The position numbers and the translations under genes are program-made. The notes beneath the pieces are model-generated. The model was not told the origin of the DNA. It did no database searches and worked only from the letters and a program-made list of their open reading frames with translations. A stretch of DNA of 64,000 nucleotides from assembly GCA_050575255.1 (NCBI GenBank), contig JBNZDD010013610.1, forward strand, positions 1,658,366-1,722,365, given 5' to 3'. The DNA comes from Harriotta raleighana (Eukaryota). Positions 62,335-64,000 of this stretch are shown here, one piece after another. Positions within the stretch are counted from its first letter, which is position 1, and every line of letters starts with the position of its first letter.

Positions 62335-62392
62335 TGGCACAGTCATGATGGACTAAATGGCCTCCTTCTGTGCTGTAAGATTTAATATTCTA
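62335..62392 (+). mobile_element. CR1/HER1-type LINE (or HE1-like SINE) 3' tail
   Basis: ggcacagtcatgatggactaaatggcctccttctgtgctgtaagatt, a characteristic shark CR1-clade tail. Confidence 0.65.
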
Positions 62393-64000
62393 GATCCAGC
62401 TTGTGAAGGATAACATGCAACACATAACATCACCAAGCCACCTTCCCTTTGCCCTCGTGCACCACATTGCAGAAAAGGTCAAGAAACACATTTCCAGTTT
62501 TCTCCACGTGTTTTCAAAATATTTTTTTCCTGCTCTTGGCCACCCATTTTCAGTTTTTATACAGTAGCTCTCAACAAAAAGAAAAAAAGGGTCATATTCC
62601 TGCATTATTAACAGTAGCGTGTTCTTGCAAGAATATTGGACTTGGATTTCTGCCAAAGTACATTATAATATATTAAATGTAATCTCCTGCAAAGTGATTA
62701 AAAAAGATCAGAGTGGCCCTGGCATATTTCTAACACATTGTGCTGAATTGTATGACATCTGTCACAGAGCTCATATAGTCTGAATTGGAGTAGCCTGGTG
62801 TATGGACAGTTGCTCTCTCAGTCATATAGGAAGTAGAATTATCCTGTCCCTTGCGCTTGTTACACGAAGCCCTGACGAGCGAGGGGCAATCGCGCATGTC
62901 GGTATTGTTGGCTCCCCTGATGGAAACACGCCAAAAACTGAATAAAAGGTGGAGAGGAGGGCTTGGAAATTCAGATTGGTTGGTGCCTTAATTAAAAAAT
63001 TATGTTGAAATCCCCATGACGGCTTTCATTGTACACAAAAACATCATGGCGCCTAGATTACAATCAGACTAATAAGTGAAATGTTCTGACTTAATAAATA
63101 TCATATTTATATTGCTTCAGTACAGCAAAGATCTTGTGCTCTCTTCACAGTTCAGTGCCAGCACAGAAAACTGTGTGTTTTATTTTTAAAAAAGAGCAAT
63201 GGCATTACAGTGATTTACTCCGCTGTACATATGCTTTGTCAGGCTAATGATTGAAACTTTTGGCAGCTTTTTCAGTGGCGTTCTGAATTGCAGCAATAAA
63301 TTTTGCTGTTTTGGCCAAGTCTCAAAGAGTTAATTATACTGTGCGGTACACACACCTGGAGCAGACTGCCTGATATGTTGGGGAGGTAAATTTTTTTGTT
63401 GGGTCGCGCAGTCTTGTTTAACCATCAGCGTTTCATAACAATTAAAAATTGATTCCTGCAACAAATTTTTCACCATCTGTTTAATTCCGACATGAATTAG
63501 AACGCTTGCATTCAAAGATCCGTAATGCCAGTAAAGCCCTCGAAATAATGTTGTTCCCAGTTCACTGGAACCGATCCCTTAAGCAGTCTCTCAGGCTATG
63601 TTATGCCTACAGTTGTCAAATCCTCTCAGAAACAGCAAGTTTATTGTCTTGTCTTGCATGTCTGTGGTTACCAGCTGAAGACTTGGCAGAAGCCTCATTC
63701 AGACTGTTTTCATGTGTTATCCAATTCCTTAATCATCTTGATCATGTGGGGGGAGGAGAGGGGGTGTTGTATCAAAAGCAATAACATTGGCACAGGAACA
63801 TGCAAGTTGAGTCCAGTCCCCATTTCGCTTGGATTTCCATTTATATACCTTATTGTCCTAGATTGATGCATCATTTGCATCTTCCTTATAGCACATTTAT
63901 TGTTGCTTCTCTTGGAACATGCAAACTGTTATTTGAGTGCTCAGTTATTGTCAGTGATCAGATCAATTGAAAGAAAAAGATAAAAATATTTTTGCTCAAT

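Overview
This is eukaryotic vertebrate genomic DNA. The repeat content (tRNA-derived SINEs, Deu-domain SINEs, L2/CR1 tails) suggests a cartilaginous fish, probably a holocephalan such as Callorhinchus milii (inference). The only well-supported coding sequence is the large first coding exon of ZFHX3 (ATBF1) on the + strand: acceptor AG at 56269-56270, ATG at 56317, and a phase-1 donor after 58975, giving 886 codons with several zinc fingers. The other ~61 kb looks like intron sequence of this developmental transcription-factor locus. It contains SINEs, L2 and CR1 3' ends, two Tc1/mariner-type MITEs, microsatellites, candidate enhancer blocks, and four single-N contig joins with artefactual flanking duplications. 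The remaining short ORFs look like noise. I found no evidence for a wholly new multi-gene system. The best leads are regulatory or structural: three uATGs in the 46 nt before the ZFHX3 start, an isolated ~33-bp hairpin, inverted repeat pairs able to form dsRNA in the pre-mRNA, a candidate non-coding exon followed by a perfect G-quadruplex motif, and Pbx-Hox/Meis/Sox-TCF motif clusters.
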